Positions 10,089 to 20,105 of a DNA stretch of 64,000 nt are shown here, one piece after another. The position numbers and the translations under genes are program-made. The notes below the pieces were generated by a model, which was not told the DNA's origin, did not search any database, and worked only from the letters and a program-made list of their open reading frames with translations. The stretch is taken from IMG/VR virus record IMGVR_UViG_3300027971_000001; one strand, given 5' to 3'. Numbering within the stretch: the first letter of the stretch is position 1; every line of letters begins with the position of its first letter. Source of the stretch: a virus (Duplodnaviria; Caudoviricetes).

Positions 10089-12452
10089 TTAGGATACCAA
10101 TTCTTGGAAGTCCTGACCAGTTCGTGTGGCATAGAAGTTAACCAAGATGAATTCTGCGGCACGTACAGGTTTGATGTAGATGTCCACAACCAGTTCATTT
10201 TGGTCGATCACATCAGGTGTATTGTTTCTTTCGTCGCATATGATCAGATAGTCATATACACCTTGTGTGTTCTTGGCCAATTCGAATATCGGTGTAAGAA
10301 CGTTTATTACTTGCGTTCTTGTGAACAGTGTATTCGGTTCGAACAAGAAGAACTTGATGGTATTCCTTGTCGCGACTTCCAGATACAAGAACAACCGGCG
10401 TACATTGATACGATCAAATGCGCTTGGTTTCTTTAACAAGGTCTTTTGACCGAAGATTACAAATCCTTCAGCAGGGAAGAATGCAACCGGATTCAAATTA
10501 ACCTTATACAATTGATCACGATGTTTTTGTGTGGGATAGATCGGAAGATCATTCACACCAAGCAATACGCCCCGAGTAAATCCGGCAGGAGCGAACCAAG
10601 GTTGGAAGTTATCGTCAGTATTTGCCATTGCAGCACCTGCAAATCCTGAGAAAGGAACCCATGTTTGCTTGCCTAGACCATCATCAAATACCCTAGGGAA
10701 TGTGGCATATGTACATGCATAGCTTGTGTTCAGCAAGCTGTACAAGTGACGTAATGGCCAGTAAATGTGTTGATTAAAGTTCTTTGATGGATCATCAATA
10801 ACTTTGCTATTTTCACCTTGAACAAAGATGTTACGGAGAGGATCTGCAATGAATAGATGATCTTTGCGAACATTCTGGGCAAAGTTTGTGAATACGCTTG
10901 CCACAGTATTGTAATTTTCGCGAATATCAAGAGCATTTCCATTAAGACCTTCGTTATTAGTAATGAAGAATCCAGTCATATCAAGAGGAATAGTGTCATC
11001 GAACACGTCTGCACCGCTAAGAACATTCAGATTGTAACGGGCAGCTGAGAATATTGTTCCAAGACCACCTTCCAATGACAATGAAAGATTGTAAAGATCA
11101 GGATTTTCAAGCAATGTGAACACACGTTCCAGCTTTGTTGGAACGTTTCCGATTAATTTGGCAGTTGCAACTGTTGTATCGAAAGCACCGAAGCTATAAA
11201 GAGCGTCAATGCGACGAAGAGGACTTGCTACATTGTTGGCCAACCAACCCACAACTGCACTAGGAGCACCCACACGTGTTTCATATGTTGCATTTGTGTC
11301 AACAAATCCATCACTATTCAAAGGATTAGCCAGATTCGGATTCAACATACGAACCTTCTTGTTGGGATTTCCTGCACTATTCAACCATGTTTGTGTATTA
11401 CGATTGCTGATAAAAGGATTGATCAACAATGAAAGATTGGGACTATCATCTTCAACCGATCCTATAAAGAATGTTTGGGCTGGACCGCCGTTTTCGCTAT
11501 TGATTTGACGGAAATAATCAAATGAACCCACATAACTTTCAGACAATAGATAATCTAAACTGATAACATCAGGGGCAAACACGCTTTGGCGGAGTTTGAA
11601 CACACCAAGGATGATTGTATCATCAAACTGGCGTGTGCTGATATCAAAAGTAGGAATATTTTCCATTACTTCACTAACACTGTTTCCAAGACCAAACTGT
11701 GTTGCGCTTAATGGGAAGTTCAAACGAGTACGAGGAACATTCAGGAAGTTGTATGTGGATCCAGCTTTGGAATCAACACTGCGAACTTGACTGATACCAT
11801 CGAATTGTGTGGCAGGATTCAAATTAGTGTTATCAATCGCTCCTACATAATATCCTTCATATTTTTGATTGATGCTGGTTTGAGCTTTGTTAAGAACAAT
11901 CATTCCGGCATTGGCCAATTGTGTAAGTTTGCTGGCGCCTGTGCTGGTGAAGCTGAATTGTGTTGGTACATTTTTCCAACTTGAGAATGCATCACCATTA
12001 AGAATGCTTTGATATTCAGTTGCATTCAATTCAATCTGTGTGGGTTGACCGAAGAAATATGTGTTTGCACCAGAAAGACCAGTACCACCTGTGGCAGCAG
12101 TTCCTTCATATGCTCCATTATAACTGGTTACAGGATAAACAAGAGCAGAGTAAGAATCTGTGAAACCTGCACCGCTTCCGCTACCATATGGCATACGGCT
12201 GACAAGCACTTCTGCTTGGCTTTGGAACATTGCTTTAACAGTGTGATAAAAATAACGTTCAGCCGCATTGGTGGGCTTGCCATAAATTTGTTCAAATTCG
12301 CTAAGACTTGAAGGTTGGATAATTTCATCCAAAGGACCTTGAGGTGCATAACCAGGTATTAAAACCGTTGTGGGAACATTAATTACTGGACGTAATGAAA
12401 GATCTATTTCGTTAATTTCAACACCAGGACTCTGAATTGTACGCTTAGGCAT
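10089..12452 (-). CDS. gp18: Tail sheath protein
   Basis: SPGVEINEIDLS at the N-terminus; PWFAPAGFTRG, GQKTL...SAFDRINVRRLF and FEPN...TR at the C-terminus. Confidence 0.95.
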   Translation of the reverse strand: MPKRTIQSPGVEINEIDLSLRPVINVPTTVLIPGYAPQGPLDEIIQPSSLSEFEQIYGKPTNAAERYFYHTVKAMFQSQAEVLVSRMPYGSGSGAGFTDSYSALVYPVTSYNGAYEGTAATGGTGLSGANTYFFGQPTQIELNATEYQSILNGDAFSSWKNVPTQFSFTSTGASKLTQLANAGMIVLNKAQTSINQKYEGYYVGAIDNTNLNPATQFDGISQVRSVDSKAGSTYNFLNVPRTRLNFPLSATQFGLGNSVSEVMENIPTFDISTRQFDDTIILGVFKLRQSVFAPDVISLDYLLSESYVGSFDYFRQINSENGGPAQTFFIGSVEDDSPNLSLLINPFISNRNTQTWLNSAGNPNKKVRMLNPNLANPLNSDGFVDTNATYETRVGAPSAVVGWLANNVASPLRRIDALYSFGAFDTTVATAKLIGNVPTKLERVFTLLENPDLYNLSLSLEGGLGTIFSAARYNLNVLSGADVFDDTIPLDMTGFFITNNEGLNGNALDIRENYNTVASVFTNFAQNVRKDHLFIADPLRNIFVQGENSKVIDDPSKNFNQHIYWPLRHLYSLLNTSYACTYATFPRVFDDGLGKQTWVPFSGFAGAAMANTDDNFQPWFAPAGFTRGVLLGVNDLPIYPTQKHRDQLYKVNLNPVAFFPAEGFVIFGQKTLLKKPSAFDRINVRRLFLYLEVATRNTIKFFLFEPNTLFTRTQVINVLTPIFELAKNTQGVYDYLIICDERNNTPDVIDQNELVVDIYIKPVRAAEFILVNFYATRTGQDFQELVS

Positions 12453-12458
12453 ATAAAT

Positions 12459-12466
12459 TATTTATA
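12459..12466 (-). promoter_or_regulatory. T4-type late promoter TATAAATA (sheath)
   Basis: Exact TATAAATA ending 6 nt before the ATG. Confidence 0.75.
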
Positions 12467-12493
12467 TTTTTTGAGAATATTTTTTTCCTTTAT

Positions 12494-13063
12494 TTAGATC
12501 AAAGTAGCCTGAAACTGAAAGAAACTAAAGGTAAACGTACTTTCGGCTTCACTGCTATCCCTATAATTGTAATTAATACCACCCAGTTCAACAGGTACTG
12601 CCCCTGAGTATTCAAACTTTATTTTGTTATTATTATATTCATCCAAACCATAAACTGTTATGGTTGTACTATAATCGTTTAATTTAGGATCATCATTAGG
12701 GTTTCTAGCATTAGGAATACTAGCTTTATTGTCGTTAAGTGCTTTAAGCCAACTATATACAAACCAATAATTATTGTATAAATTATCCACTGTAAAATTA
12801 ACTGCAACATTTCCATAGCTTGGACGGGCATAACTGGTCACTTTCATGACTTGACCGGCATATTTGGTTTCCACTTCAGGAACACTCATTGTAGGAACCA
12901 CAATTCCATAAACAGAAAATTGAAAACTTTCCAAATTAACTTCACCATTATTTCGGGTATATTGATTCAAATAAGGACGCAAAATATTAGGAGGATTTAC
13001 CACCATTATAAATTTGTCGCGACGTGTCTTGTTGAGCATCGCCTGATTGTATAAACCTGCCAT
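12494..13063 (-). CDS. Tail completion/tube terminator protein (gp3-like)
   Basis: FSVYGIVVP...VNFTVDNLYNNYWFVYSWL tube-like fold. The start is refined to ATG 13063, 5 nt after TAAATA (13069-13074). Confidence 0.6.
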   Translation of the reverse strand: MAGLYNQAMLNKTRRDKFIMVVNPPNILRPYLNQYTRNNGEVNLESFQFSVYGIVVPTMSVPEVETKYAGQVMKVTSYARPSYGNVAVNFTVDNLYNNYWFVYSWLKALNDNKASIPNARNPNDDPKLNDYSTTITVYGLDEYNNNKIKFEYSGAVPVELGGINYNYRDSSEAESTFTFSFFQFQATLI

Positions 13064-13071
13064 ATTAGTAT

Positions 13072-14736
13072 TTAAAGAAGTTTCCAACCTTCTTTTCCGT
13101 AATAATCCATTTCTATATCTCTTTCATCCTGTTCCTGAGAACCAAACATAATAGGCATGTTTGGAAGCATGTCTTCATTACCCCCGAATTTATATGTCAT
13201 ATTTTCATTTTTTTTGAAAGGAATGATGCTACTGGGGCGATTGTTTGAATCACGAGAAACAACTTCATAATATTTTTCAACTAGTTCATCATTTAAAATC
13301 AAAAGCGCCATGGCCATGCTCATGACACAGTCATCAAAATTGTTTGCTCCTTTTCGTGCAGCCCATGTACCATTCGGATATCTAGTAAAAATTTTTAATT
13401 CATTTAATGTAACAATATCTCGAAACACAATTGATCTAAGTTCATTGATCCAGTATCGCATGTTGATAACTGCATGATATTTTGTGTTGGTGTTTGTGAA
13501 TACTCCTGGTTTTTCAAAATTTTTCCCATGACTATAACTGATCATAGGATCATAATTATAATTTTCAAAAAGAGAATCTGCTATCTGTGCCCCGCAATTA
13601 TTGCGCTCTATAAGTAATGGGGGATTACCCCATTGGTTCAATATCTCTAAAAGCTTTATTGTAAAATTATATGGAGTAATAGTATTATCACGAAAAACTG
13701 CAACCTGACGAATAGAAGATAGATCCGCCAAATCAAATATCTGAACTACACTACTGGCCTGACCAACACCTTCTGCCACATCCACACCTGCCACATATAC
13801 TCCATTTTTATGAGGTTGTTCCCAAATCTTATATTTTCCATCATCAAATTTGAAAAGAGGTTCACTGCATCCGCTTTTATATTTTTCAAAATCTTCTCCG
13901 TTTAACGCAGATTCCCCCTCTTGAAGAAACTCATTTCCGAATTCCTGATCAAAAAGTTCTCGACTACCTAAACTTCGTATTGTGCTATCTTTCCATTTTT
14001 CATCTCGACCAGGAACTTCCCACCAATCCACCCGTTCTGTTTTCCAATTGTTTACTCCTTGTTCACCATCAGTGTATAATTGATAAAACAGATTGCCTGT
14101 TCCATTCGGAGTGCTGGCCACAAAAATTTTACTTCGTTTGGATGATGAAATAATCGGATAAACTGCAGACCAAAATGTTTCCACCATGTTGTTGTCAATA
14201 TGAGCCAACTCGTCAATGACCAACACATTCACAGAACTTCCTCGACCTGCATCAGATGATGTGGTGCTGATGCTGATCCGACTTCCATTGGCAAGACCCA
14301 TTGCAGTTTTTCCATACTCAGTCACACCTGGTTTTAAAAAGTTTGGAAGATTTTCATAAGCAAGACGAACACGAGCAAAAATTTCTTTTGCTGTTTCCTC
14401 TTTGTTTGCCACAAGAAGAACACGTTGATCATTTTGAAAACATGCAAGCCAAAGACAATAAATGGTCATGACTGTTGTTTTTCCTGCCTGACGACTTGAT
14501 AACAAACAAACAAAACGATTGTCTCGAAGACTTCTTAAAATTCTTTTTTGATAAGGATGCAGTTTAATCTTTATTCTTCCTACATCCAAATTAATAATAT
14601 AAAAATAATTTTCAGCAAAATGCAAAATATTATTTTTGCACTTATCCATCTCTTTTATCATCTCTGGAGTATATTCAAACTCAGCCTGAGAAGTGGGTAA
14701 ATTTGGATTGCCCAAATACCTATCATTTGATTTCAT
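13072..14736 (-). CDS. gp17: Terminase large subunit
   Basis: YLGNPNL start; Walker A SRQAGKTT; Walker B VLVIDELAH; STPNG; nuclease motifs GVDVAEG and DDCVM. Confidence 0.95.
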   Translation of the reverse strand: MKSNDRYLGNPNLPTSQAEFEYTPEMIKEMDKCKNNILHFAENYFYIINLDVGRIKIKLHPYQKRILRSLRDNRFVCLLSSRQAGKTTVMTIYCLWLACFQNDQRVLLVANKEETAKEIFARVRLAYENLPNFLKPGVTEYGKTAMGLANGSRISISTTSSDAGRGSSVNVLVIDELAHIDNNMVETFWSAVYPIISSSKRSKIFVASTPNGTGNLFYQLYTDGEQGVNNWKTERVDWWEVPGRDEKWKDSTIRSLGSRELFDQEFGNEFLQEGESALNGEDFEKYKSGCSEPLFKFDDGKYKIWEQPHKNGVYVAGVDVAEGVGQASSVVQIFDLADLSSIRQVAVFRDNTITPYNFTIKLLEILNQWGNPPLLIERNNCGAQIADSLFENYNYDPMISYSHGKNFEKPGVFTNTNTKYHAVINMRYWINELRSIVFRDIVTLNELKIFTRYPNGTWAARKGANNFDDCVMSMAMALLILNDELVEKYYEVVSRDSNNRPSSIIPFKKNENMTYKFGGNEDMLPNMPIMFGSQEQDERDIEMDYYGKEGWKLL

Positions 14737-14740
14737 GTGA

Positions 14741-14748
14741 TATAAATA
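14741..14748 (+). promoter_or_regulatory. T4-type late promoter TATAAATA
   Basis: Exact motif 8 nt before ATG 14757, in the 20-bp gap divergent from gp17. Confidence 0.7.
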
Positions 14749-14756
14749 CTTAACGT

Positions 14757-15359
14757 ATGAATCAAAAGAGTAAATATATTAAGAAATACGGTATGCCTAG
14801 AAGTAACGCAAACACATTGGTTGATATAGGAGCAGTTTATCATAAAATGCTTCTGGAAAATGCTGCCCAACAAGAACAAGCAGTTATTGAAGAAAAAAAG
14901 ACCAAAAAGCTTGCGGATCCCAAAGCCAAATTTGGTACAAAACCAGGAAAAGGTGGAATACCTTTGGAGCTTGTAAAAGATAAAAAACCTGATTTGGATC
15001 CTGAATTAAAAGATTTTGCACATAAAGATAGCGGTCCTGATTTGAAACAATTGGCAGAACCTATTGATCCAAAAGAAAAGAAATTTAGAAAAAATAACTA
15101 TTTCAACCCGGAAGAACTCAGTTCTGCCAATGAAAGTGTTATTAATAATAAGAATGTATCACTTATTGCAGATGAGCTTACAAAAGAAGACAAAAATGAA
15201 GCTTATGAACGCCTTTGTGAATATAAAACACTATGGGGCAAAGATAACTTTATTAATCTTCTTACAGTAGCTGCTGTAAATGGCCACACAGAAGCACTTG
15301 AAGAATTTTTCAGTTTTGTAAATAAAAATACAAAAAATAGAAAGGATAACAATAAATAA
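14757..15359 (+). CDS. Hypothetical late protein (possible head-internal protein)
   Basis: 200 aa, charged, preceded by a late promoter. Confidence 0.6.
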   Translation: MNQKSKYIKKYGMPRSNANTLVDIGAVYHKMLLENAAQQEQAVIEEKKTKKLADPKAKFGTKPGKGGIPLELVKDKKPDLDPELKDFAHKDSGPDLKQLAEPIDPKEKKFRKNNYFNPEELSSANESVINNKNVSLIADELTKEDKNEAYERLCEYKTLWGKDNFINLLTVAAVNGHTEALEEFFSFVNKNTKNRKDNNK

Positions 15360-15364
15360 TCTAT

Positions 15365-15967
15365 ATGAGTAACTTCGATAAACTATATGAAGCCGTGATG
15401 TCCGAGGACGACGTTGAACTTGGTATCACTGGTGCTCAACCCGGCGTAGCTGAAGTCGCCCCAGCCGCCACTGGTGAAGAAATAGAGTTGACTCCTAAAG
15501 AGCACCTCGCAAAAGCAATCGAGCTTCTGCAAAAGCTACAAAGCTTGGATCTCATTTCTGATGAATCCGAAGCCGAAGCTGAAGTTGAAGGCGAAACAGA
15601 AGCCGGTTCTGATGAAGACGGTGAATATATGTCTTCTGAAGATAATGAAGAGATTGCCACAGAAGAAATCGAAGCTGAAGATATTGGCCATGCACTTGTT
15701 AACGCTAAAAAAGGTCAAGAACTCACAAAAGTTTCGTCTGGCAGCAACAAAGTTGCTAGCACAGCAACCTCCCTAGCCAAAACTGGTAAGGGTGGTGATG
15801 CCAAGGTAACTGACAAGGTAGGCACTGAAGGCGAAAAGGGCCATGCACTTGTTGGTAGTGGTGTCAAAGGTGGAGCACCCACAAGCACAAAAGGAAAAGC
15901 CAACGTCGTTTCCGGAGTGATTAAGGGTGGTGGAAAAGGTGATCAAGACTTTTTCCAATCCAACTGA
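15365..15967 (+). CDS. Hypothetical acidic, Gly/Lys-rich late protein (possible core/internal protein)
   Basis: Glu-rich middle; GHALV motif occurs twice; TAAATA 6 nt upstream; terminator follows. Confidence 0.65.
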   Translation: MSNFDKLYEAVMSEDDVELGITGAQPGVAEVAPAATGEEIELTPKEHLAKAIELLQKLQSLDLISDESEAEAEVEGETEAGSDEDGEYMSSEDNEEIATEEIEAEDIGHALVNAKKGQELTKVSSGSNKVASTATSLAKTGKGGDAKVTDKVGTEGEKGHALVGSGVKGGAPTSTKGKANVVSGVIKGGGKGDQDFFQSN

Positions 15968-15984
15968 TAAAAAAAGTTATAAAG

Positions 15985-16018
15985 AAAACCCCCGTTTAAT
16001 AGACGGGGGTTTTTTTTT
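15985..16018 (+). terminator. Intrinsic terminator
   Basis: AAAACCCCCGT / ACGGGGGTTTT stem followed by a T run. Confidence 0.85.
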
Positions 16019-16032
16019 GACTAAATAAGTAT

Positions 16033-17079
16033 ATGCCATTTGAATATCATAAAGATCTAAATTCAAAGTTTTGGAAAGAATTTAAACTGGACAAATCGGT
16101 ATCAGGTAAACTTGTTGATATTGCTTTGGATTTTTATCGAAATTTAAAAACAAATGCTCCCTTAGAAGACATTGAACTTACAGGTTCTTTGACCAATTAT
16201 ACATATACAAAAAAGAGCGATCTGGATCTGCATTTACGATTGGATTTTAGCAAGGTAAAAGCCAAACCGGATTTGGTAAAACAATTGTTTGAAGGTGAAA
16301 AGTACAAATGGAATTTGAATCATGACATTGTTATTCGGCAACATCCTGTTGAGATATACATTGAAGATATCAGTGTAAAACCTTATGCAACCAAACCAGT
16401 TTATAGTCTTTTAAAAAATAAATGGATTCAAAAGCCATCATATAATCCACCTGAAATAGACGAACAAAATGTTAATAAAAAATTTGAAGCTTATAAAAAT
16501 GAAATAGATTCTTTGGTTAAACTGCTGAACAAAAGTGATTGTCGTATCATTTTTCGTCAAATACACAATCGGGCCAAAGCATTACGGGAAAGATTGGCAG
16601 ATGCCAGAAAAGAATGCATGCAAGACAAAACAACCATATTTGATTTTTGTATTGAAAATCTTGTTTTTAAAAAATTACGGGATGCAGGATATTTGGATAA
16701 ATTAAATGATTTGAAACTGGAAGCTTATGACAAAATATTCACAGAACAAACATGGAACAGTGGTTTGCATACTCTTTTCATGAGTGATCTGATGGGTAAA
16801 CAAAAGAAAACAAAAGATCCTCGTCATATGAAACCTGTGATTCGTGATCCAGGAACACGTAAGCATGTGAGAACTGTTCCTAAAATGCACCAGAATTTGG
16901 ACACTTTTCCTGAAGTAGGAATGCTTAAAAAAGCCAAAGGTAGAAAGATTGTGAGTGAACCTAGGGCCATGCAAATTGCCGCATTTTATAATATAACTTT
17001 AGGAGAAAAACCTACCAAGCTGGGAAAATCACCTGTAAGTATAAGAAAAAAAAATAATATATATGTATTGGAGAGCTAA
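16033..17079 (+). CDS. Pol-beta superfamily nucleotidyltransferase with a basic C-terminal extension
   Basis: TGSLTNYTYTKKSDLDLH fits the GS-x(n)-D-x-D motif; third acidic residue in PVEIYIED. Confidence 0.7.
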   Translation: MPFEYHKDLNSKFWKEFKLDKSVSGKLVDIALDFYRNLKTNAPLEDIELTGSLTNYTYTKKSDLDLHLRLDFSKVKAKPDLVKQLFEGEKYKWNLNHDIVIRQHPVEIYIEDISVKPYATKPVYSLLKNKWIQKPSYNPPEIDEQNVNKKFEAYKNEIDSLVKLLNKSDCRIIFRQIHNRAKALRERLADARKECMQDKTTIFDFCIENLVFKKLRDAGYLDKLNDLKLEAYDKIFTEQTWNSGLHTLFMSDLMGKQKKTKDPRHMKPVIRDPGTRKHVRTVPKMHQNLDTFPEVGMLKKAKGRKIVSEPRAMQIAAFYNITLGEKPTKLGKSPVSIRKKNNIYVLES

Positions 17080-17849
17080 TGAGCGTTGATCGTTATCTAG
17101 GTCCAGGATGTGTATCGGTATATCCTTTCACATATACTCCAAGTGTTTTACGCTTTACTGACAAAGAAAACAATGAATGTGAACGGGAAGTTATAGGCAA
17201 TCAATTAAGAGAACAAATTGATCTTTTTGGTCAAAAAGTTAATTATTGGCAAAATCCTTACAGTACACTAAGTGCTGACAATATATACGGAGAAGATCCT
17301 ACAAGAAACTGGCCCGAACCTAAATCAATCATAATGGGCATAAAATTGGACGAGGATAACCTTACAATCAATCAATTTGGTTTTGATGCTCAAGACTACA
17401 TGACAGCAACAGTAGCCATAAGCAGCTTTTATTCAGTATTCGGACCGGGCCAAGAACCCAAAAGCGGAGATATTATAAAATTAACTGAATATGGTAATGA
17501 TCGTCCTGGTGATAGGGATGGAAAATTGTTTGAAGTAACTCAGCGGCTGGACAGTGAAAACAGCACCATCAATCCTTTGGCCAGTCATTATCTTTGGTTT
17601 TTGAAACTGAAACGTTTTGATTATTCAGAGGAAGTTAATCTGCCTAATGAAAAAGGTAATTTACAAGTAATGGACAATACAGGGTATGGAACCCTGTCTG
17701 CCACACTTAGTGGAAAACAACCAGACAAACCTCGTCCTGAAACACTAGGAAATAGTGCTCAAGAAGTCACTAAGCGGTTTGTTTTCGATTATTCAGGAAC
17801 CAGTAATGATAACGTGTATGGCACTTATGATGTGCATACTGGCGAATAA
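17079..17849 (+). CDS. Neck/head-closure protein (gp14-like)
   Basis: EQIDLFGQKVNYW...IYGEDP...EPKSGDII...LFEV matches the gp14 pattern. Confidence 0.7.
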   Translation: MSVDRYLGPGCVSVYPFTYTPSVLRFTDKENNECEREVIGNQLREQIDLFGQKVNYWQNPYSTLSADNIYGEDPTRNWPEPKSIIMGIKLDEDNLTINQFGFDAQDYMTATVAISSFYSVFGPGQEPKSGDIIKLTEYGNDRPGDRDGKLFEVTQRLDSENSTINPLASHYLWFLKLKRFDYSEEVNLPNEKGNLQVMDNTGYGTLSATLSGKQPDKPRPETLGNSAQEVTKRFVFDYSGTSNDNVYGTYDVHTGE

Positions 17850-18520
17850 CGCGGTTCAATTTCTTCCTCAGTTTCTGTTTCCACTTCTTCCATACGCTCT
17901 AAATTGCGTTTTTTCTTTAATATATCCATGTTTGCAGATTTGGTATCAATACCAAATTCATGATGATTGACTTCATCCATCATGGTTTCAAATCGGCTAT
18001 CCATGTATTTTTGCATGGCTATTGGTTGAATCCAAAAATCATCCGACATGGTCACGTTCATTTCTGAACATTTTTTTTCTATAAGATCAATTGATTCAAT
18101 CAAGCATAACCATCTGGCCATTTCCGCTTTACCCATTTCAACACGAGCAGGACGACTGTTAACACGCATTTCCATGGTAATTTTATCTTTGGTCTTTTTA
18201 GGATCGTTATAACCTGAAATTAAAATTGTTTCCTGTAGAATTTTATATTCTTTTTTGTTTAAATTTAATTGTGCGGGTCGTCCATGAAATATCATTGGAA
18301 GAGAAAACATTTGACCAGAAGATGAATTGGAAGCTTGTTTTGAAACGATGTTCTGAATGTCATACCATTCATCACTGCTCATTTCAATTCGGGAATTTCG
18401 ACCTTGCAGTTCCAAATCCAGAATGATGTTTTCGTTATTGCTGATTTCGTTGTTGGGTTTGATCGTGGATGTATTGTTGAACATATGCTGCCAAGATACA
18501 AAAAAGCAACGGTACGTCAA
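17825..18520 (-). CDS. Hypothetical protein
   Basis: 231-aa ORF with an internally repeated L/M-x-L/V-x-x-R-P/N-x-x-x-E-M pattern; start uncertain. Confidence 0.55.
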   Translation of the reverse strand: MTYRCFFVSWQHMFNNTSTIKPNNEISNNENIILDLELQGRNSRIEMSSDEWYDIQNIVSKQASNSSSGQMFSLPMIFHGRPAQLNLNKKEYKILQETILISGYNDPKKTKDKITMEMRVNSRPARVEMGKAEMARWLCLIESIDLIEKKCSEMNVTMSDDFWIQPIAMQKYMDSRFETMMDEVNHHEFGIDTKSANMDILKKKRNLERMEEVETETEEEIEPRYSPVCTS

Positions 18521-18872
18521 GCTTTATCTTCAGTTCACTCAGGATACTGAATCCTGCCGATACTGTTTCATAAATTTTATGCACTACAAAACTTTTTCGA
18601 TCTATGCCTTCTGGCTTTTGTATGCTCAATTTCTTATATTCTTGGAATATTTCATCAAATAAATCCATGAGGATCCTCTCCGAATCATTCAAATTTTTCT
18701 TTTTGGTTCGAAAGATTTTATATAAATTATAATATTCTGGACCTTTTTTAATAAAAAAATTACTCAATTCGGTATCAAATTCATTCATCCAATTTTCATT
18801 TTTTACAGTAGAAAGCGGAAGAATCGAACTGCTGTTTACACTTTTGGCTATCTGAAATAACAAATTACTCAT
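18435..18872 (-). CDS. Hypothetical protein
   Basis: 145-aa ORF coupled to its neighbours. Confidence 0.5.
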   Translation of the reverse strand: MSNLLFQIAKSVNSSSILPLSTVKNENWMNEFDTELSNFFIKKGPEYYNLYKIFRTKKKNLNDSERILMDLFDEIFQEYKKLSIQKPEGIDRKSFVVHKIYETVSAGFSILSELKIKLDVPLLFCILAAYVQQYIHDQTQQRNQQ

Positions 18873-19281
18873 TTAAATTAAGAGGTAGTGCTTCCAAGCT
18901 TTGTGTGACCACAGGTTCAGTGTTAAGGGCTGTTCCCAATTTGACATAAACAGAAACATTCTTTTCACATTTGGGACATGCATATGTTGTTCCTTCCTCC
19001 AAACTGACAGGAACAAAACATTTTGTTTTTTCAGCACAAGGGCATGTCAATTCTATTCCTCGTTTGTTGTATTCTTTTTCCAAATCTAAATTAACCTGTT
19101 TTATTTGCATGCCATAACGAATGATTGCAAATTTTTGAAATCCAAAATCTATGGCATATTGCAAGCCTACTGTGAATAAAATTGTAAACAAATATGTCCA
19201 AAATGAAGTTACACCGATAGAATAAAGCAACCCTGAAGCGGCTACTGGTAGACTTAAAAATAGAATTAATCGGTACAGCAT
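18865..19281 (-). CDS. Membrane protein with a Cys cluster (CPC...CPKC)
   Basis: Two hydrophobic N-terminal segments followed by a putative Zn ribbon. Confidence 0.6.
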   Translation of the reverse strand: MLYRLILFLSLPVAASGLLYSIGVTSFWTYLFTILFTVGLQYAIDFGFQKFAIIRYGMQIKQVNLDLEKEYNKRGIELTCPCAEKTKCFVPVSLEEGTTYACPKCEKNVSVYVKLGTALNTEPVVTQSLEALPLNLNE

Positions 19282-19282
19282 T

Positions 19283-19642
19283 TTATCCCTCTAAAATTTT
19301 ATTTAGAGGGTCTACTGTTTCTTCAAGTATCTTTTGTGCCTGATTGATCTTGGATATGACCTGTTCCAGTTGTGCTAATTTCTCTTTCTTGTTGCCTATA
19401 AGAGGGTTATTCTTGCTTATTTCACACAACATTTTACTGCTACTTAATTTTACAAAATTATCCGCTAAACTTTCAAAAATCTTGTCTAAAGGATAAGGAA
19501 GTATTTTAGGAGCTAAAGTTGCCCCTTCTGGACTAAATTTTTTAATTAAATCATCTACTGTAAGTGTTTGTCCTTTAAGCTCCCTACTGGCTATTCCTGA
19601 TACCCAACGGTTATAAATCATTTGTGTATCTTCATTAATCAT
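19283..19642 (-). CDS. Hypothetical late protein
   Basis: Start refined to ATG 19642 (MINEDTQ), 8 nt after TAAATA. Confidence 0.6.
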   Translation of the reverse strand: MINEDTQMIYNRWVSGIASRELKGQTLTVDDLIKKFSPEGATLAPKILPYPLDKIFESLADNFVKLSSSKMLCEISKNNPLIGNKKEKLAQLEQVISKINQAQKILEETVDPLNKILEG

Positions 19643-19676
19643 ATATAAATTATTTACCATTATAATAAATAATAAT

Positions 19677-20105
19677 ATGGCAGTATTCTCTAAATATTTT
19701 GCAAATATAATCAAAGAACAAGACGAAACTGATGTTGTTGTACCGGAACCAACAGAGGCTGAAGTTGATCGTACCAGCATGGAAGCAGAGCTGGACAAAG
19801 ATACTGCCCCTCAAGAATTCGATGTTAAAGCTGTTACACGTGAACAAATGGCGGCTCGTCAAACAAATTCCGCCCAAGCAATGGAATTGCAAACATGGGT
19901 AAGGAACATTGACAAGTTTTTGGAATATCTAAACAGCCCAGACACCAATTCAATTCAAACACAATTGCATGTGGCTCCTTGTGACAGTCTTTTTGAAAAG
20001 GTTGCCAAGAGTGAAACCAAAAAAATTGCTCGTGTTTGCGTTGAACTTTCTGGATTGAGTGAGCGTCTGAAAGCTTACCTTATCGCCAGCAAGAGCGAGA
20101 AATAA
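19677..20105 (+). CDS. Hypothetical late protein
   Basis: 142 aa; TAAATA (19666-19671) 5 nt upstream. Confidence 0.65.
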   Translation: MAVFSKYFANIIKEQDETDVVVPEPTEAEVDRTSMEAELDKDTAPQEFDVKAVTREQMAARQTNSAQAMELQTWVRNIDKFLEYLNSPDTNSIQTQLHVAPCDSLFEKVAKSETKKIARVCVELSGLSERLKAYLIASKSEK

